Source: an uncultured Candidatus Poseidoniales archaeon (GTDB lineage: Archaea; Thermoplasmatota; Poseidoniia; Poseidoniales; Poseidoniaceae). Taken from it: DNA of 64,000 bases. Location of the stretch: the NCBI GenBank assembly GCA_902605365.1, contig CACLCM010000001.1, positions 82,595 through 146,594 of the forward strand, in the 5' to 3' direction. Under the pieces are notes generated by a model that was not told the DNA's origin, searched no databases, and was given only the letters and a program-made list of their open reading frames with translations. Below are positions 61,983-64,000 of the stretch, piece by piece (the first letter of the stretch is position 1; the number at the start of each line of letters is the position of its first letter). Both the position numbers and the translations under genes were made by a program.

Positions 61983-63052
61983 TCACGATTCCTCCGCTCA
62001 CTACGACCATACTTTGCAGATTGTAGGGGAGGGGGGTCCTTCAGTTTCCTGTGGTGCCCTTTGTTTCTTGGTCCACCTACTCTTTTCGAGCGTCCACAAC
62101 TGAAACACTCGTTTCTCTTAGCGAAATTTGATTTTCCACATTGAGGACATTCCCAATCGCCAGCTCTTGGCTCAGGTGCTTCTCTCCTATCGCCAGGTCT
62201 GCGGTCATTACCTTCCCACTTTCTTGAATCTGGATTTCTTCTTCTGTCATCACGACCACTCCTGTCGTCACGACCTCTGCGGTCGTCACGTCCACGCCTG
62301 TCATCACGACCTCTGCGGTCATTTCCGCCTCTGCGATCATTACGCTGATTTGAGCCTCCTCCTCTTTTTGGCTCACCACAGCGGTTACATTCAGTTCTGA
62401 ATGCGAAGTTGGAATTATTACACTTTGGACATTCCCAATCGTTGTCCGAAAAATTACCGCGACCGTCTCTTCTGTCGTCACGACCTCTGCGGTCATCACG
62501 TCCACGCCTGTCATCACGTCCACGCCTGTCATCACGACCTCTGCGGTCATTACCGCCTCTGCGGTCATTACGCTGACTTGAGCCTCCTCTTTTTGGCTCA
62601 CCACAGCGTTTACATTCAGTTCTGAATGCGAAGTTGGAATTATTGCACTTTGGACATTCCCAATCGTTGTCTGAAAAATTACCGCGACGGTCTCTTCTGT
62701 CATCACGACCTCTGCGGTCTTCACGTCCACGCCTGTCATCACGACCTCTACGGTCGTCTCGGCCACGACTATCATCGCGTCCTCTTCGATTGTCATTTGA
62801 TTGCCGATTATCTCTTGGCCTTTTGGTACGAATAGTAATTTCTAGACCTACCATTTGACTGGCATTTGATTTTCTGTCAAGATGGGCGACATGAACTAGT
62901 GACTCGTTTAGATTACCAATTACTCCATCGACCTTGCCGATGTATGTTTCACCAGAATCGATCATTACTGAACCAAGGGCAGGGCACGCTCCCGAGTAAC
63001 TAACGAGCAATCCACCTTCGTGGCTGACTCTCTCTACCCTACCTTTGAACAT
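61979..63052 (-). CDS. Gar1-like beta-barrel fused to Arg/Asp-rich (RRGRDD)n arrays and three RanBP2-type zinc fingers
   Basis: The N-terminus KGRVERVSHEGGLLVSYSGACPALGSVMIDSGETYIGKVDGVIGNLNESLVHV aligns by eye to archaeal Gar1 (G.V......G.L.V.....P.L...V.......G.V..V.G). The three fingers are WECPKCNNSNFAFRTECKRCG, WECPKCNNSNFAFRTECNRCG and WECPQCGKSNFAKRNECFSCG. Confidence 0.8.
   Translation of the reverse strand: MFKGRVERVSHEGGLLVSYSGACPALGSVMIDSGETYIGKVDGVIGNLNESLVHVAHLDRKSNASQMVGLEITIRTKRPRDNRQSNDNRRGRDDSRGRDDRRGRDDRRGREDRRGRDDRRDRRGNFSDNDWECPKCNNSNFAFRTECKRCGEPKRGGSSQRNDRRGGNDRRGRDDRRGRDDRRGRDDRRGRDDRRDGRGNFSDNDWECPKCNNSNFAFRTECNRCGEPKRGGGSNQRNDRRGGNDRRGRDDRRGRDDRRGRDDRSGRDDRRRNPDSRKWEGNDRRPGDRREAPEPRAGDWECPQCGKSNFAKRNECFSCGRSKRVGGPRNKGHHRKLKDPPPLQSAKYGRSERRNRE
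62176..62850 (-). repeat. Coding tandem repeat with about 225-bp period (two near-identical zinc-finger segments plus a diverged third) and nested 15-bp RRGRD sub-repeats
   Basis: The segments around 62366-62470 and 62591-62695 are almost identical (ggctcaccacagcgKttacattcagttctgaatgcgaagttggaattatt...). Plus-strand shadow ORFs at 62401 and 62626 begin with the same peptide. Confidence 0.85.
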
Positions 63053-63088
63053 AACCCCGCCTCGGAGTACTCCTTTTCAGTGTGACGG

Positions 63089-64000
63089 TCAATCTCTACG
63101 GAGTAGAATTGCCGCTCCTAGCATGGAAAACATAGTAGCAAACATTCCAATTGAGGGTAGTCCGCTTTCTTCAGCCGAGCTATCAGTGTCTCCTGGTTCA
63201 ACAACATTTCCGGCATAAGGATCTGATACACTAACTTCGATAATTGAGATTTCACCAACAGAATCAGTCGCACTGAGAGTTACATCATATTGAGTCAATC
63301 CATCAGCAACACATTTTGCGATTGAAAGGCTAACATCCCAATTTGGTCTTTCTCCAGTGAAACTTGTAGTGGTTTCTCCACACATTGTAGCAGAGAGTTG
63401 TACATCACCGCCATCTGGGTCATACACTTCACCAGATAGTGTGAATGAGAACTGGTCTGAAGCCCAGGTTGCTTGTGAACCATCAATCTGGTCAGTTTCG
63501 ACTGTGATTACAGGTGGAGTATTGGTCTTTTCAAGAGACAGGTCAATCATTACATCCCAATCTAACATTCCAGTAGATGTTGCAGTAACATGAATCATGA
63601 ACGCACCGGGGGATATTCCTGAAAGTTGTACAGCATCAGTGGATGATGTAGAACCTAGATTGGTTTGTGTCACAGGGCCATCTCCTCCATCTTGAGATGC
63701 AGCAAGGCTAACTGCAAGGTTTTGAACCAATAATGATGGAGTAGATTCGATGTTTACCGAGTCACTGTAACTTGCAAGTTGGTCAGGTGCAGAGAAACTT
63801 GCCGGCTGTCCAAATCTCCAGGACTTTGTAGCATTATTTCTCTCGCCATACGGGTCTACAATTGCGCAATCCGCGGTTCCCGAATCTGAAACACCAGAAG
63901 TTACCAGAAGTTCTCCTGCTGAATTCATTCTACTCGACCAACCGTCCTCAGCGAAAGTACAATCCAATCCCCATGCATGGTTGTCACTAGCCCAATCAGC
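63089..64000 (-). CDS. Secreted surface protein with PKD/Ig-like domain, 5' end beyond window; ends in TM-RRD sorting-signal-like terminus
   Basis: The minus-strand frame stays open to nt 64000 (ADWASDNHAWG precedes the TTG at 63967). The protein ends GLPSIGMFATMFSMLGAAILLRRD*. A PKD-like stretch is SGEVYDPDGGDVQLSA...YDVTLSATDSVGE. Confidence 0.7.
   Translation of the reverse strand, partial: ADWASDNHAWGLDCTFAEDGWSSRMNSAGELLVTSGVSDSGTADCAIVDPYGERNNATKSWRFGQPASFSAPDQLASYSDSVNIESTPSLLVQNLAVSLAASQDGGDGPVTQTNLGSTSSTDAVQLSGISPGAFMIHVTATSTGMLDWDVMIDLSLEKTNTPPVITVETDQIDGSQATWASDQFSFTLSGEVYDPDGGDVQLSATMCGETTTSFTGERPNWDVSLSIAKCVADGLTQYDVTLSATDSVGEISIIEVSVSDPYAGNVVEPGDTDSSAEESGLPSIGMFATMFSMLGAAILLRRD

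Noticed and set aside
62176-62850. Regularly spaced repeats considered as a possible CRISPR-like array
   Set aside because: The period of about 225 bp is too long. The repeats are in frame within a CDS, there are no unique spacers of CRISPR size, and no cas genes are in the window.
62077-62858. A 239-aa alternative-frame minus ORF and a series of plus-strand ORFs (62128, 62401, 62626, 62634) with repeated His/Cys-rich peptides
   Set aside because: They are shadows of the tandem repeat. Only the 61979-63052 frame yields exact RanBP2 finger consensus and a folded N-terminal domain.

Overview
The window reads as a 64-kb chromosomal segment of an uncultivated marine planktonic archaeon, plausibly Marine Group II/Poseidoniales-like. 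That placement is an inference from four things: a Gar1-like gene, a tRNA-Gln with an A1:U72 acceptor stem, very acidic proteins, and giant Ca-binding surface proteins. About 47 densely packed genes are present on both strands, plus two tRNAs (Phe-GAA, Gln-CUG). I saw no rRNA and no CRISPR array. Housekeeping content is clear. It includes thiamine pyrophosphokinase, M29 and M32 peptidases, dihydroorotase, MogA, RNase PH, thiolase, an NFACT/RqcH-like protein and a NUDIX-MBL fusion. It also includes an FeS-type photolyase-related protein, Nei/Fpg, 2-oxoacid:ferredoxin oxidoreductase alpha/beta, cyclophilin, aconitase and adenosylhomocysteinase. The accessory content is more interesting. (1) A visibly AT-rich islet of about 4.6 kb (30235-34849) is bracketed by an 11-bp direct repeat. 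It carries a cytosine-5 DNA methyltransferase 4 nt upstream of a DUF262/DUF1524 (GmrSD-family) nuclease with an unrecognised N-terminal domain, plus a frameshifted serine recombinase. This is a candidate mobile, non-canonical restriction/defence module. (2) A Gar1-like barrel is fused to Arg/Asp-rich pentapeptide arrays and three perfect RanBP2-type zinc fingers, encoded by near-identical tandem DNA repeats. (3) Two single-pass surface proteins exceed 2000 aa. Both have FG-GAP motifs, and the first also has thrombospondin-type-3 Ca-binding arrays and a repetitive GPSRG cytoplasmic tail. It is followed by an EF-hand / poly-Gln / zinc-ribbon protein. (4) A five-gene membrane-protein operon is led by a ten-unit TSP3 protein. 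All functional calls come from reading motifs in the supplied translations. No database search was run.
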